DNA of 64,000 bases from Candidatus Latescibacterota bacterium (GTDB lineage: Bacteria; Latescibacterota; UBA2968; GCA-2709665): the NCBI GenBank assembly GCA_965248435.1, contig OZ252100.1, positions 1,952,001-2,016,000 on the forward strand, written 5' to 3'. Shown in pieces: positions 1-9,774 of the stretch. Numbering within the stretch: position 1 is the stretch's first letter; each line of letters begins with the position of its first letter. The notes beneath the pieces were generated by a model. The model ran no database searches, was not told the DNA's origin, and worked only from the letters and a program-made list of their open reading frames with translations. A program made the position numbers and the translations under genes.

Positions 1-852
1 CTTTCCTCACTGGCTTCTTCATTCATTCTTGCCTGGATGATCTACGAGCTTGCAAGGTGGTTAGGAAGAAACCGGATCGGACTTGCCAGGGCCGTCCTGG
101 TGGCGATCGTTGGAGTACTCCTGAGTTCCAGTATTCTGGGACTAAGAAGGGCCGAGGCGGTTTCTCTATATCACTCCGGATGGAATTACATCACAGACCA
201 GGAGTACGAAACAGGCCTTGGACAACTAAGGCGCGCAATCACGCAGAATTCACGCATTCTGCCCCCTGATGCCTACTTGCGACTCGCGACGAGCGGCTTC
301 ATCATCGGTAAATCCGCGGAGGGGTTGCTCCAGAAAGCCCTGGAGGATGATCCAACCTCTCCAGAGCTCAGCATGCTTCTGGGGGCCTCCGCCTTTCTCC
401 ACAAGGACGACATGGGTAGACAAGCCGGCGAAAAGAGAGTTCGGGAGGCGCTTGAATCATCAAAGGACGACAAACTGCTCCGATGGAACACGGCCGTCGC
501 CTTCAATAATCTTGCAGGATTCTACCTCGAGGCAGCGGATCATCAAACAGCAATCGATCTGTCATACCAGGCCTTCCTCTATAGCCCAAACTATTCCATG
601 GCCCTTCTCAACATGGGAAACGCGCTGCACAACAACGGCGAACCCGGTGAAGCCATAGAAATCTTCAAGACACTTCTAAAGTTACAGCCCTCGAATGACA
701 TCGCGTGGAATGCAATGAGAAACCTGGGTCTCATCCTGGCTGAAAAAGGCTTGAAAGAAGAAACCATCTTTTACTACCAACAGGCCGCAGCACTGGATCC
801 AGACAACGAAGAAGTGAGATCCAACCTGAAAACGCTCTTGGAAGGTAAATAG
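1..852 (+). CDS. Membrane protein with C-terminal TPR repeats (TMTC/GT-C-like), 5' truncated by the window edge
   Basis: Frame is open from base 1 (LSSLASSFILAWMIY...). Two hydrophobic segments precede TPR motifs (ALLNMGNALHNNGEPGEAIEIFKTLLKLQP; AAALDPDNEEVRSNL). Confidence 0.7.
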   Translation, partial: LSSLASSFILAWMIYELARWLGRNRIGLARAVLVAIVGVLLSSSILGLRRAEAVSLYHSGWNYITDQEYETGLGQLRRAITQNSRILPPDAYLRLATSGFIIGKSAEGLLQKALEDDPTSPELSMLLGASAFLHKDDMGRQAGEKRVREALESSKDDKLLRWNTAVAFNNLAGFYLEAADHQTAIDLSYQAFLYSPNYSMALLNMGNALHNNGEPGEAIEIFKTLLKLQPSNDIAWNAMRNLGLILAEKGLKEETIFYYQQAAALDPDNEEVRSNLKTLLEGK

Positions 853-856
853 TCCG

Positions 857-1585
857 GTGTATGATAAACGAAAAGCCTCTTACAATTACGACGCTATTCC
901 GGCCGGGTACTACGATCGCGTATTCAAAACCGGATTCTCGACGAGACGATTCTGGCACCAATTCAAGTTCCAATCCGTCATTGCTGACCTCCCCGAAGAA
1001 GCAAAAACGATACTGGATATCGGGTGCGGCCCCGGTTCATTGACTTCCCTGATACAAGGTCATATCAGGTCTGTCGGAATAGACTGTTCAGCCAGCCAGG
1101 TTGCCTATGCAGAGAGGAATTATGGCTCTGACTCAAGGATATTTCTTGCGGCGGAGGTCCCGAACCTCCCATTTGTAGACGGTTCGTTCGACGTTGTCAC
1201 GATGGTGGAGGTCCTCGAGCACCTTCCGCTGCACGTGGTAGAGGAAACGCTATCCGAAGTCGTACGACTCCTAAAGCCAAATGGGAGTTTCTTGATTACA
1301 ACCCCGAATTACAAAAGCATGTGGCCGCTACTCGAGCGGATCATCCCTGTTCTGGGCGCTCCCAGCTATGATGAACAGCACGTATCCAGGTTCACGCCTC
1401 GCCGGATCGAGATTTTACTCGCATCCCACGGTTTCAGCACGAACAGTCTAAGCTCGATTTTTATTCTCTCGCCTTTCGTATCCTTCCTTTCCTGGAGATT
1501 AGGTGCCCGACTATTCAGCCTGGAACGAAGACTTGCAAAGAAGCTGGGGTCTTTGATTCTCGGGCGATTTTACCTGGCACCCTGA
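857..1585 (+). CDS. Class I SAM-dependent methyltransferase
   Basis: ILDIGCGPG motif I, GSFDVVTMVEVLEH, LLKPNGSFLITTPN. Stop overlaps the next ATG. Confidence 0.9.
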   Translation: MYDKRKASYNYDAIPAGYYDRVFKTGFSTRRFWHQFKFQSVIADLPEEAKTILDIGCGPGSLTSLIQGHIRSVGIDCSASQVAYAERNYGSDSRIFLAAEVPNLPFVDGSFDVVTMVEVLEHLPLHVVEETLSEVVRLLKPNGSFLITTPNYKSMWPLLERIIPVLGAPSYDEQHVSRFTPRRIEILLASHGFSTNSLSSIFILSPFVSFLSWRLGARLFSLERRLAKKLGSLILGRFYLAP

Positions 1586-3996
1586 TGCTTAAATATTCAT
1601 CGACATCTAGAATCCGGGTAGCAGCCATCCTCCTGGGCATCATCCTGCTGTCAGGCTGGCTCCGGTTCTCAGGCCTGGACTGGGGAACGGACCCGGACAC
1701 GGGCACATTCCACGCCTTTCACCCCGACGAAGCGACCATCATCCAGAACGCAAAATGGCTCGGCGTCGACCTCCAACAGATCATCGCTTCATACGGAAAG
1801 GCCCCCGTTTACCTCCTCTGGGCGCTTGCCACCTCTGCAGGCTACCTGTTCGACATCGACCCATTCGATCTCGAACAGAACCGGTCCAGACGCTTCGTCC
1901 ACGTTCTCGCGCGAGGAATCTCGGCCGCCCTGGGCACCCTCACCGTATGGATCCTCTTCTCGATCGGGGTTCGTCTGCACGGCGTATGGACCGGTCTCTT
2001 GTCCGCTGCTTTTCTGGGATGCTGTGCGGGACACATCCAGCAGAGCCACTACTACACCGTTGAGGTATCCCTCACGTTCTGGTTGTGCTTGGCCATCCTC
2101 CTCCTGCTGCAGATGCCTTCAAACCGAAAGGCACTCTACCTGGCATTCGGCGTGGTCTGTGGCCTGGCGATCGGCACACGCCTAGTGGGCATCTGGCTCG
2201 GGATCCCCTTTTTGATTACCCACCTGTGGCCACAGAACGGCCGATCGCAGGAGACTTGGCGCACATTGATGACCCCGCAGATTCTCACCTGTGCGGTCTC
2301 CGCGCTCGCAGTCACGCTCGCCTGCGAGCCTTTTCTCATTCTTGACCCAGGCCATTACTTCAGTCACACAGAGCTGACCAGGCTGATGCCGAGCTTGAAG
2401 GTGGCCAAGGGAGAGCAGGTCGTGATCTGGTCCCTTTTCGACTTCTCCACCACCCCCTACCTGTTCTACTTCACTCACCTCTTTCGCTATGCGCTGGGCG
2501 TGCCGCTCGAGATCGTCGCTTTGCTGGGCGTGTTGCTGGCCCTCGCGCGAAGAAGAAGGCATGAGCTCGTGATACTGGGCTGGATAATTCCATACTTCCT
2601 GACCGTTGGCGGCCTGCACACCATGCCCATCCGATATACCACCCCATTGCTGCCGTTCCTGGGCTTGTTGGGCGCCTGGACGTGCGTCGAGGCGTCTTTG
2701 TGGCTGCACCGACGCTGGAGGCTGCTGCCGATAAGTGCCCTGCCGGTCCTATCCGTAGGGCTTCCTGCCCTGGCCCACGGCGCCTCCATCAGTGAGATCT
2801 TTCGCCAGAAAGACAGCCGGATCGCTGCCGCGCATTGGATTCGTGAGCATATCCCCGAAGGGTCCGTCGTCCTGACCGAACGGGGGGGGTTTCAAACCTT
2901 CTGGATGGTGCCTGAGGCGCGCTACCGGAGAAAGGTCGTAGAAGCGAACTACTTTGTTACTGCCGAAAAGTGCGTGCCTTACTGGTCTCAGCTCAATTTC
3001 CTGGAATCCAAACTCCGGGGCGTGGAGTGGCTCGTCCTGATCGAGGAGAACCGGATGCGTCAGTTCCTGGAGGTTCCGGATCGATATCCGATTGCCTACG
3101 GGTTCTATAACAGACTGGCATCCGGGAAGCTGGGGTTCGAAGGCGTAGCCAGCTTTAAGGTCTCCCCAACGATCTTCGGCTGGCGGTTCTCTGAAGCGGG
3201 GGCCGAGCCGACGATCACCGCCTATGATCACCCCCGTGTGTGGGTCTATCGCTCGACCGGTACAGACGTGAAGGCGCTGCTGGCAGATTGGACGAAAAGG
3301 ATGGGGCAGGATGAGCGATTCGCCGACCGCTATATCCGTGCAGGGGTGAAGGCCTATCGAGAAAACGACTGGGAGGCGGCCGCAGCAGAATTTCGTCATA
3401 CGGTGGAACGGCAGCCCGAATTCATGTTGGGGCACCTTCTCCTGCGAGAAGTGTATCTCAAACAGGGAATGGCGGAGGAGGCAGCCAGGGAATGGCAACT
3501 CGCCTCGAAAGATGGGAATGGAATCACGTTTCAGGCTCTCCTCGGACTGGCTCAGGCCGGTCTGGTGGACGAAGGAACTGCCTATCTAGACCAATTCTTG
3601 CGAGTTTCAAAGGGAAAAGGCTCAATAGATTCCCTCAAAATCGCTCAGATTGAATCGACGATTCGATTTGTCCTGGAAACGAAACAGCGTGAGACCGAAA
3701 CAGATTACCTGCGCGACGTCCGGCTGAACCCGGACAACGTAGACCCGATTTTCAATCTGGGTGTTCTATACTATCGTCAAGGAAGATACGAGCAAGCCGC
3801 ATCATATTTCGCGAGGGTAATCGAGTTATCTCCCCATGACCCAGAGGCCCGCTTGGGACTGGCAGGAGCTTACGCCCGTGTGGGCCGAAGAGAAGACGCC
3901 ATCAGGGAATTTCGCGGTGTCCTATCCATCAATCCAGAGGACGCACAGGCAAAGTCAGGTCTGGAGTCCTTGTTGAAACTGGAAAAGAATGAATAA
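1585..3996 (+). CDS. ArnT/PMT-like (GT-C fold) glycosyltransferase with C-terminal TPR domain
   Basis: FHPDE motif after TM1, many TM helices, SHYYTVE, RYTTPLLPF, DSRIAAAHWI. C-terminal TPRs (FNLGVLYYRQGRYEQAASYFARVIELSP). Confidence 0.85.
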   Translation: MLKYSSTSRIRVAAILLGIILLSGWLRFSGLDWGTDPDTGTFHAFHPDEATIIQNAKWLGVDLQQIIASYGKAPVYLLWALATSAGYLFDIDPFDLEQNRSRRFVHVLARGISAALGTLTVWILFSIGVRLHGVWTGLLSAAFLGCCAGHIQQSHYYTVEVSLTFWLCLAILLLLQMPSNRKALYLAFGVVCGLAIGTRLVGIWLGIPFLITHLWPQNGRSQETWRTLMTPQILTCAVSALAVTLACEPFLILDPGHYFSHTELTRLMPSLKVAKGEQVVIWSLFDFSTTPYLFYFTHLFRYALGVPLEIVALLGVLLALARRRRHELVILGWIIPYFLTVGGLHTMPIRYTTPLLPFLGLLGAWTCVEASLWLHRRWRLLPISALPVLSVGLPALAHGASISEIFRQKDSRIAAAHWIREHIPEGSVVLTERGGFQTFWMVPEARYRRKVVEANYFVTAEKCVPYWSQLNFLESKLRGVEWLVLIEENRMRQFLEVPDRYPIAYGFYNRLASGKLGFEGVASFKVSPTIFGWRFSEAGAEPTITAYDHPRVWVYRSTGTDVKALLADWTKRMGQDERFADRYIRAGVKAYRENDWEAAAAEFRHTVERQPEFMLGHLLLREVYLKQGMAEEAAREWQLASKDGNGITFQALLGLAQAGLVDEGTAYLDQFLRVSKGKGSIDSLKIAQIESTIRFVLETKQRETETDYLRDVRLNPDNVDPIFNLGVLYYRQGRYEQAASYFARVIELSPHDPEARLGLAGAYARVGRREDAIREFRGVLSINPEDAQAKSGLESLLKLEKNE

Positions 3997-4020
3997 CCTC
4001 CGACGCATACCAAGAATCTC

Positions 4021-4049
4021 TTGACAACCCTGTTTTTATCCTATATCGT
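4021..4049 (+). promoter_or_regulatory. Sigma70-type promoter
   Basis: TTGACA-N17-TATCGT upstream of the response regulator. Confidence 0.65.
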
Positions 4050-4121
4050 AGTGGATACAGACACTTAAACGATTGCGTCGGGTTTTCATTCGACTCCGCC
4101 ATCTTGCGCGGGCATCCTGAA

Positions 4122-4523
4122 ATGGCCAACGAAACCATCCTCGTCGTAGAAGACAACGTGATGAACATGGAATTGATCACCGACATCCTTGAGGTCAAGG
4201 GATATGAGGTCCTGCAGGCTACGACGGGTTCTGATGCCCTTGATCTTGTCAACTCGAAGCACCCCGACCTGATCTTAATGGACATCCAGCTCCCCGGTTT
4301 GGATGGGCTGACCATAACCGGTATCATCAAGGACAACCCTGATATCCGTGATATACCCATCGTGGCTATCACAGCCCACGCGATGCGTGGCGACGAGGAA
4401 AAGGTTCGCGAGGCCGGATGCGATGGCTACATCTCCAAACCGATCGATACGCGCAAACTCCCGGACACAATTCAGGGCTTCTTAGACAGCCGCCGGCAGG
4501 GCGCTTCCCCAAACGAGGGCTGA
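4122..4523 (+). CDS. Single-domain response regulator (DivK/CheY-like)
   Basis: VVEDN, LILMDIQLP, AITAHAMRGDEE, YISKPI. ATG at 4122 preferred over TTG at 4104. Confidence 0.9.
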   Translation: MANETILVVEDNVMNMELITDILEVKGYEVLQATTGSDALDLVNSKHPDLILMDIQLPGLDGLTITGIIKDNPDIRDIPIVAITAHAMRGDEEKVREAGCDGYISKPIDTRKLPDTIQGFLDSRRQGASPNEG

Positions 4524-4526
4524 GGC

Positions 4527-5627
4527 ATGGGCAAATCCACCGTACTCGTAGTAGATGACAACCCCCAGAACCTGGAGCTCCTCGAGGCTTATCTCATCCC
4601 AGAGGACTACAATGTTCTGACTGCTCTTGACGGCCTGGAGGCGCTAAAGCAGGTAGAGGAGGTGTCTCCTGACATCGTCCTTTTGGACGTTATGATGCCC
4701 AACATGAACGGGTATGAGGTCTGTCAGAAACTGAAAAACGATGAAACGACTCGGTTCATTCCCGTCGTAATGGTCACCGCACTGAAGGAGCTGGACGACA
4801 AAATTCAAAGCATCGAGGCAGGCGCAGACGATTTCCTGACGAAGCCGATCAACAAGCTGGAGCTCCTCACCCGAATCAAGTCCCTCATCCGCGTGAAGCA
4901 TCTGCACGATGATCTCGCAAAGAGTTACCGTGACCTCATGGAGCTGGAGAATACGAAAGACCACCTTACTCAAATGATCATACACGACCTCAAAAACCCG
5001 CTTACCGGGATAAAGGCCAATCTCGAGATCGTGGGCATGGAAGAACTCCGAGAGACTCAGGAATGCCTGGACGCCGCTCAGCGCAGCTGCGACCTGCTGT
5101 TCAACATGATCCAGGATCTTTTGGACATCTCGAAGATGGAGGATGGACAGCTCACGCTTAACAAAGAACCGTGCAACTTGGAAGAAATCATCGGTGCCTC
5201 GGCAAAAGAGTTCGAGGTCACGTCGCTCGCCGAAAACAAAGAGATTGTGTTGGAGCTGAGTCCTGATCTGCCACCGCTGAATTGCGACCGCAATCTGCTT
5301 TATCGTACCATGTCCAATCTATTGATCAATGCGATCAAGTATACGGGTCGTGGAGGGACGATAACCGTTCACGCCTTAGTCGTGGAGGGATCGTTTCAGG
5401 TGAGGGTAGAAGATACCGGGCAGGGAATTCCAGACGAATACCTGGAGAAGGTATTCGAGAAATTCGGTCAGGTTGAGAGCAGATCGCGAAGCGGTACGGG
5501 TCTTGGGCTTACCTTTTGCAGGATGGCGGTGGAAGCTCACCAGGGGCGAATCTGGGTGGAGAGCGAAGAGGGTGTAGGCAGCAGATTCATATTTGAGATT
5601 CCCGAAAATCCTTCTTCCGACGCCTGA
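4527..5627 (+). CDS. Hybrid REC-HisKA-HATPase histidine kinase
   Basis: N-terminal REC (LLDVMMP, KPI), H-box IHDLKNPL, NLLINAIKY, DTGQGI, GTGLGL. Confidence 0.92.
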   Translation: MGKSTVLVVDDNPQNLELLEAYLIPEDYNVLTALDGLEALKQVEEVSPDIVLLDVMMPNMNGYEVCQKLKNDETTRFIPVVMVTALKELDDKIQSIEAGADDFLTKPINKLELLTRIKSLIRVKHLHDDLAKSYRDLMELENTKDHLTQMIIHDLKNPLTGIKANLEIVGMEELRETQECLDAAQRSCDLLFNMIQDLLDISKMEDGQLTLNKEPCNLEEIIGASAKEFEVTSLAENKEIVLELSPDLPPLNCDRNLLYRTMSNLLINAIKYTGRGGTITVHALVVEGSFQVRVEDTGQGIPDEYLEKVFEKFGQVESRSRSGTGLGLTFCRMAVEAHQGRIWVESEEGVGSRFIFEIPENPSSDA

Positions 5628-5635
5628 TGGGTTCG

Positions 5636-6973
5636 TCAGAACTTCATGTGGGACTGAATGTTTAGAATGCGTCGTCTCCGGAAGCCTCCCGTCTCGTCAG
5701 GCTCGTAAGTATATCTCACCTCCCACACCACCAGCAGACCCTTCACGGGTTTGACTCCAACTCTGCAGCCAAATAGGCGGTCTGGCTTCAAGTCCAGACG
5801 TCCTGACCTGGATACGCGTTTCCGGTCCTGGTAAAACGCGTCAGCGTGAGAAAGCCTGGGAATAGTTTTGAGAAACGAAGGCTTTAGAGAAGCTTCTGCA
5901 TCCAGGCGTCTGTCGTCTTCTCCGTTGCCGGACAGGTACTGGTATGAGGCCCGTGTTTCCACGAAGGGTCCTAATGAAATCGAAAGATCTCCAAACAGAC
6001 CCTTCGATGATGCCTCGTTCAAGGTAGCCTCTTTTGTGAGCAGATTCCCGGTCTCCGGCTCAACGCGGGCTCGATCCAGTTCGTAAAGCGCGTCGAAATG
6101 GGTCGGACTCAATTGCCCCCTCACCCAGCGGTACTCCGCCCGCACTTTTCCGCCTTTGAATGCGACCTCTACGCCGGGCCCGTGCAGCCCGCTCCCGCCT
6201 CCCCTCGCTGCCACAGTTTTTAGCACCCCGCCGTAAAGCGTCAATCGAGTTGAAAGTCGTCCTTGAAGGGGGTAAGCCATATCAAATCCGAAGGCCCCGT
6301 AAGGATCTCTTCCCGCGCCCCTTCGCAGCGAGTCTGGAATCCCCCTCAACTGATCCGTGTCAATCGCGAACGTCGTACCATATTCGAAGGGTCCGGCTGG
6401 CTGGAATGCAGCACGCCCCCCAATCACCGCACCGCCACGATCCAAATCCAAAAGATTATTGATGAGCACGCGAAACGTCGTGCTGCCGCCTGATAGGCCC
6501 CCCACGCGCAGGTCTACGCCGGTCTTTTTCACCCCTGGGGCTTCGAGCGTGTTTCGATATCGCCACATGATCGCCCCTCGACCCAACGTAATGTCTTCCA
6601 GATCACCCACCTTCAGGGAAAAGCCCCGGTCGTCATTTTTGTTCTTTCTGGATCGGACATAGTGGATCTTCCGAAGCAGGCTCTCCAGGCTTTTTCGCCC
6701 GCTCGAGAAATCCCATCCCCGGTTCTGGAACCCACCACGGTCGTCCAAAAACAGTTCGAGATCCAGCACTGCTTCAAACTTCTCGGAGAGGAACCTTGGT
6801 TGCAGGACGAGACGCTGCCACTGCTTGGCCTTCACGGTAACCGTCCCCACCAACCCATACAGAGACAGTCCCTCGGCCGCACCGGGAAGTGTCTGCGCCT
6901 CTGTATTGGCCGTGACGATAAAACCGATCGAGACAGCGAGTATTCGACGTCCCCTCAAGGTCCCTCCTTTCAT
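5636..6973 (-). CDS. Exported, probable outer-membrane beta-barrel protein of unknown function
   Basis: Signal-peptide-like N-terminus, alternating beta-strand pattern, C-terminal Phe. Start is ATG 6973 or TTG 6958 after GGAGG. Confidence 0.6.
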   Translation of the reverse strand: MKGGTLRGRRILAVSIGFIVTANTEAQTLPGAAEGLSLYGLVGTVTVKAKQWQRLVLQPRFLSEKFEAVLDLELFLDDRGGFQNRGWDFSSGRKSLESLLRKIHYVRSRKNKNDDRGFSLKVGDLEDITLGRGAIMWRYRNTLEAPGVKKTGVDLRVGGLSGGSTTFRVLINNLLDLDRGGAVIGGRAAFQPAGPFEYGTTFAIDTDQLRGIPDSLRRGAGRDPYGAFGFDMAYPLQGRLSTRLTLYGGVLKTVAARGGGSGLHGPGVEVAFKGGKVRAEYRWVRGQLSPTHFDALYELDRARVEPETGNLLTKEATLNEASSKGLFGDLSISLGPFVETRASYQYLSGNGEDDRRLDAEASLKPSFLKTIPRLSHADAFYQDRKRVSRSGRLDLKPDRLFGCRVGVKPVKGLLVVWEVRYTYEPDETGGFRRRRILNIQSHMKF

Positions 6974-6992
6974 TTGAACGCCCCGTTCTCCA

Positions 6993-7022
6993 ATCTTACG
7001 ACATACCCTCTGCAATGGTCAA
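6993..7022 (-). promoter_or_regulatory. Sigma70-type promoter (divergent from rsmD)
   Basis: Minus strand TTGACC-N18-TAAGAT. Confidence 0.45.
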
Positions 7023-7060
7023 GCCGGGCATAATAGATTCGAGTTGCTGATCGGAGCAAA

Positions 7061-7089
7061 TTGACAAGCAGGTGACTGAAAAGTATCTT
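7061..7089 (+). promoter_or_regulatory. Sigma70-type promoter for rsmD
   Basis: TTGACA-N17-TATCTT. Supports the ATG 7129 start. Confidence 0.7.
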
Positions 7090-7128
7090 GTCGCCACCCT
7101 GCAATCCAACTCCTGGACAACTGAAACA

Positions 7129-7713
7129 ATGCGGGTCATTACGGGAAGTTTAAAAGGCCGAGTTATCCCCTTCGATGTAGAACAACACGGGGAGATCCGC
7201 GTGACATCTCAGAGGGTGAAGAAGGCCGCCTTCTCTATTCTTGGGGAGAATCTCACGAACACGCGGTTTCTGGACCTTTGCGCAGGGTCGGGGCAAATCG
7301 GGCTGGAGGCCGCCAGTCGCGGCGCCCAAGTCGTGATGAACGAACCGGACAAAACAAGACATCGGTTCATCGACAATCTCCGCCAATCCTGGGGTGTGCG
7401 TGAGTCCGTCGAGCTCCTCGGCTTGTCTGCCGAAAGACTGGCAATCACCCTCGGAGCTGAGGGAAGGTGCTTCGAAATCATCTTTCTGGATCCGCCCTAC
7501 AACGATGAGAGTGATGGGCGTCCACTCTCCATTTCTCTGCTCGCCAAGATCGCCGCGACCTCTTTGTCAGCCACCCCTGGGCTCATCCTCGTCCAACACG
7601 CCAGCAAACTCGAGATGCCGGAGTCGGTCGGCCTGCAGTCCAGATTGAAGCAAAGGCACTACGGGGGCACTGCGCTCACGCTCTACAAAAGCGACACGGA
7701 GGATCGACATTGA
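7129..7713 (+). CDS. rsmD: RsmD-family 16S rRNA m2G966 methyltransferase
   Basis: MRVITGSLKGR, FLDLCAGSGQIGLEAASRGA, IFLDPPY, RHYGGTALTLY. Confidence 0.85.
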   Translation: MRVITGSLKGRVIPFDVEQHGEIRVTSQRVKKAAFSILGENLTNTRFLDLCAGSGQIGLEAASRGAQVVMNEPDKTRHRFIDNLRQSWGVRESVELLGLSAERLAITLGAEGRCFEIIFLDPPYNDESDGRPLSISLLAKIAATSLSATPGLILVQHASKLEMPESVGLQSRLKQRHYGGTALTLYKSDTEDRH

Positions 7714-7836
7714 TGGTTGTTGTTTTGAGCGAGATATTGCTCTCGCTTCGATGGTCGGAGGTATCGCTTGGAAAAACAAAAGCCGCCACAGAAACTGTGG
7801 CGGCTTTCCCGGGACGGGTTGGGGATACTCTGAATC

Positions 7837-9090
7837 CTAGGCGATGGCGGAAAGAAAGGCCATGTCTTTCTCAGCATCTCGCATCATGTCGGCCTCCCAA
7901 TCGATGAGATCTTCTGGCTCCATGGCGAGCTGAGTGAAACTAAAGGATTGTATGGCAGGTATCAGCGAATCGCCACCCGATCCAAACCCCAAGTTTCGGC
8001 TCACTGCATCACCGATGTGCACGAGCGAGGCCAGCTCCGGGTCCAACTCTGCTCGATCCGGGGCGTGGTGATGGGCGATCGCTTCGACGAGTCGCTTGGG
8101 GATCCCCCAGTGTTCAGCCAGTTCTCGACCTAGCTTGGCGTGCGTGAATCCCAACCCCTGCTCCTCGGCTTCCAGAACGGAAACGCCGTCTTCTCTTACG
8201 CGGCGAAATACGTCTTGATAGAAATCTGTGTAAAGACCGTCCAGAATCAGCTTTCCGATATCGTGAAGGATGCCGGAAGTAAAACACTCCGGACGAAGGA
8301 TCCTCATCTTGTTCGCGATGAATCGAACGATCGATCCACACGCGGCAGAATGCCGCCAGAATTCCTTCTTGTCCAGCTCGCTACTACCTCCCACGCCTTT
8401 CATAGCCTCCAACACTGAGATACTCAAGACCGCGTTCTTCACGGTCTGATTGCCCAGAAGGGAGATGGCGTCCGAAAGCGATTTGATCTCCCGGTTAAAC
8501 CCGAAAAACGCCGAATTTGAGAGCTTTAGCAGCTTGAGTGTAATAGAGGGATCGGTCTCGATCACCTTGGCCAGGTCACCTGCGTCAACATCCGCGTCTT
8601 CAAACAAGGATTCGACCTGCGCATAAACTGCAGGCAGCGTCGGAAGATCTTCAATCTTGTCTACATCCACTTCCAGCTTTGCTGGTCCCCCGTCGGCAGG
8701 CACGGGTGGGGTGGAATCCAGAATCTTCCAGATCCTGGAAAGGAGGCCCTCGGGCGTGAATGGTTTCTGAATATACCCGTTAAAACCTTTTGCCATGCCC
8801 TGCTTGATCGCACTCTGGTCTCCGCTGAGCATCGCGATACCCACGTGATTGAGATGCGGCATGCGTCGCATCAACTCCACCGCTCGAGTAAAGTCCCCAT
8901 CCATCCTCGTATCCACGAGGATCAGATCCGGCCCCGCTTGAAGTTTATGAATCACGTCCGTTGCCGAGTCAGCGTCAACCACGCGAAAACCGCCAATCCG
9001 CTCAAGGAATATCCGGATAAATTCCTGATCGACCTTGTCGCGCTGAGCGATGATGATGGTTTTAGGGTCCTCACCCTTTTCTACACTCAA
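7837..9090 (-). CDS. REC-like + HDOD domain signalling protein
   Basis: Degenerate receiver (PDLILVD, KPF), then LPTLP, DPSITLKLLKLSNSAFFG, FWRHS, GILHDIGK, HHAP. Confidence 0.88.
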   Translation of the reverse strand: MSVEKGEDPKTIIIAQRDKVDQEFIRIFLERIGGFRVVDADSATDVIHKLQAGPDLILVDTRMDGDFTRAVELMRRMPHLNHVGIAMLSGDQSAIKQGMAKGFNGYIQKPFTPEGLLSRIWKILDSTPPVPADGGPAKLEVDVDKIEDLPTLPAVYAQVESLFEDADVDAGDLAKVIETDPSITLKLLKLSNSAFFGFNREIKSLSDAISLLGNQTVKNAVLSISVLEAMKGVGGSSELDKKEFWRHSAACGSIVRFIANKMRILRPECFTSGILHDIGKLILDGLYTDFYQDVFRRVREDGVSVLEAEEQGLGFTHAKLGRELAEHWGIPKRLVEAIAHHHAPDRAELDPELASLVHIGDAVSRNLGFGSGGDSLIPAIQSFSFTQLAMEPEDLIDWEADMMRDAEKDMAFLSAIA

Positions 9091-9239
9091 GATGCGCTCT
9101 CCAAGAGGTGTGTGGCTTGATTGGATCTACGCGATGCCGTATATTGCTGCGCGTAAACTCACTCGGCAAAAAACGATGTGATTCTGCGGCAAACGAGAGT
9201 CCCGACTCCCAGCTGAATTCGCAAGCAGGAGACAGCACA

Positions 9240-9767
9240 ATCCAATCGACGAGTGTTCGAAATCTGACTCAAGTGGCGATGGCTGCGGCCCTTGCCTTCG
9301 CCCTTGCCGTAATCGGCAAGGCCATCCCCCTTCGTCTGCCTCAGGGGGGGTCCATTACGCTTGAGTCTGTCCCCGTCCTATTCATTGCGTTTCGTTACGG
9401 TTTTTGGTCGGGATGCTCGACGGGGCTTCTCGTGGGATTGCTGAACCTCCTGCTCGATCCGTTTATCCTTCACCCCGTACAAATCCTCCTAGACTACCCC
9501 CTTCCCTTCGCCCTTCTGGGTACATCAGCTCGCTTTGCCACTCGGCCGTGGATGGGCGTTCTTCTCGCAAACGCACTTCGCTTCCTATCACATTTCCTTT
9601 CTGGCGCAATCTTCTTCAGCAGCTTCGCACCCGAAGGAATGGACGTCTGGGGCTATTCGGCAATATACAATTCCCTCTATATCGTACCGGAAACGTTCCT
9701 TGGCCTCTTGCTCATCCCGACACTCCTTCGTCGTATTCCATCTCGTCATCAAGCAAGCACGTCATGA
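9240..9767 (+). CDS. thiT: Energy-coupled thiamine transporter S component ThiT
   Basis: LPQGGSITL, HPVQILLDYPLPF, RFLSHFLSGAIFFSSFAP, YSAIYN. Start uncertain (ATC 9240 after AGGAG, or GTG 9273). Confidence 0.85.
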   Translation: MQSTSVRNLTQVAMAAALAFALAVIGKAIPLRLPQGGSITLESVPVLFIAFRYGFWSGCSTGLLVGLLNLLLDPFILHPVQILLDYPLPFALLGTSARFATRPWMGVLLANALRFLSHFLSGAIFFSSFAPEGMDVWGYSAIYNSLYIVPETFLGLLLIPTLLRRIPSRHQASTS

Positions 9768-9774
9768 CGGCACC

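Noticed and set aside
4122-5627. divK-pleD cell-cycle module
   Set aside because: The receivers resemble DivK and the PleD REC1, but the second gene is a kinase rather than a GGDEF protein, and this pairing is common.
9100-9240. TPP riboswitch upstream of thiT
   Set aside because: The conserved TPP aptamer motifs are not visible.
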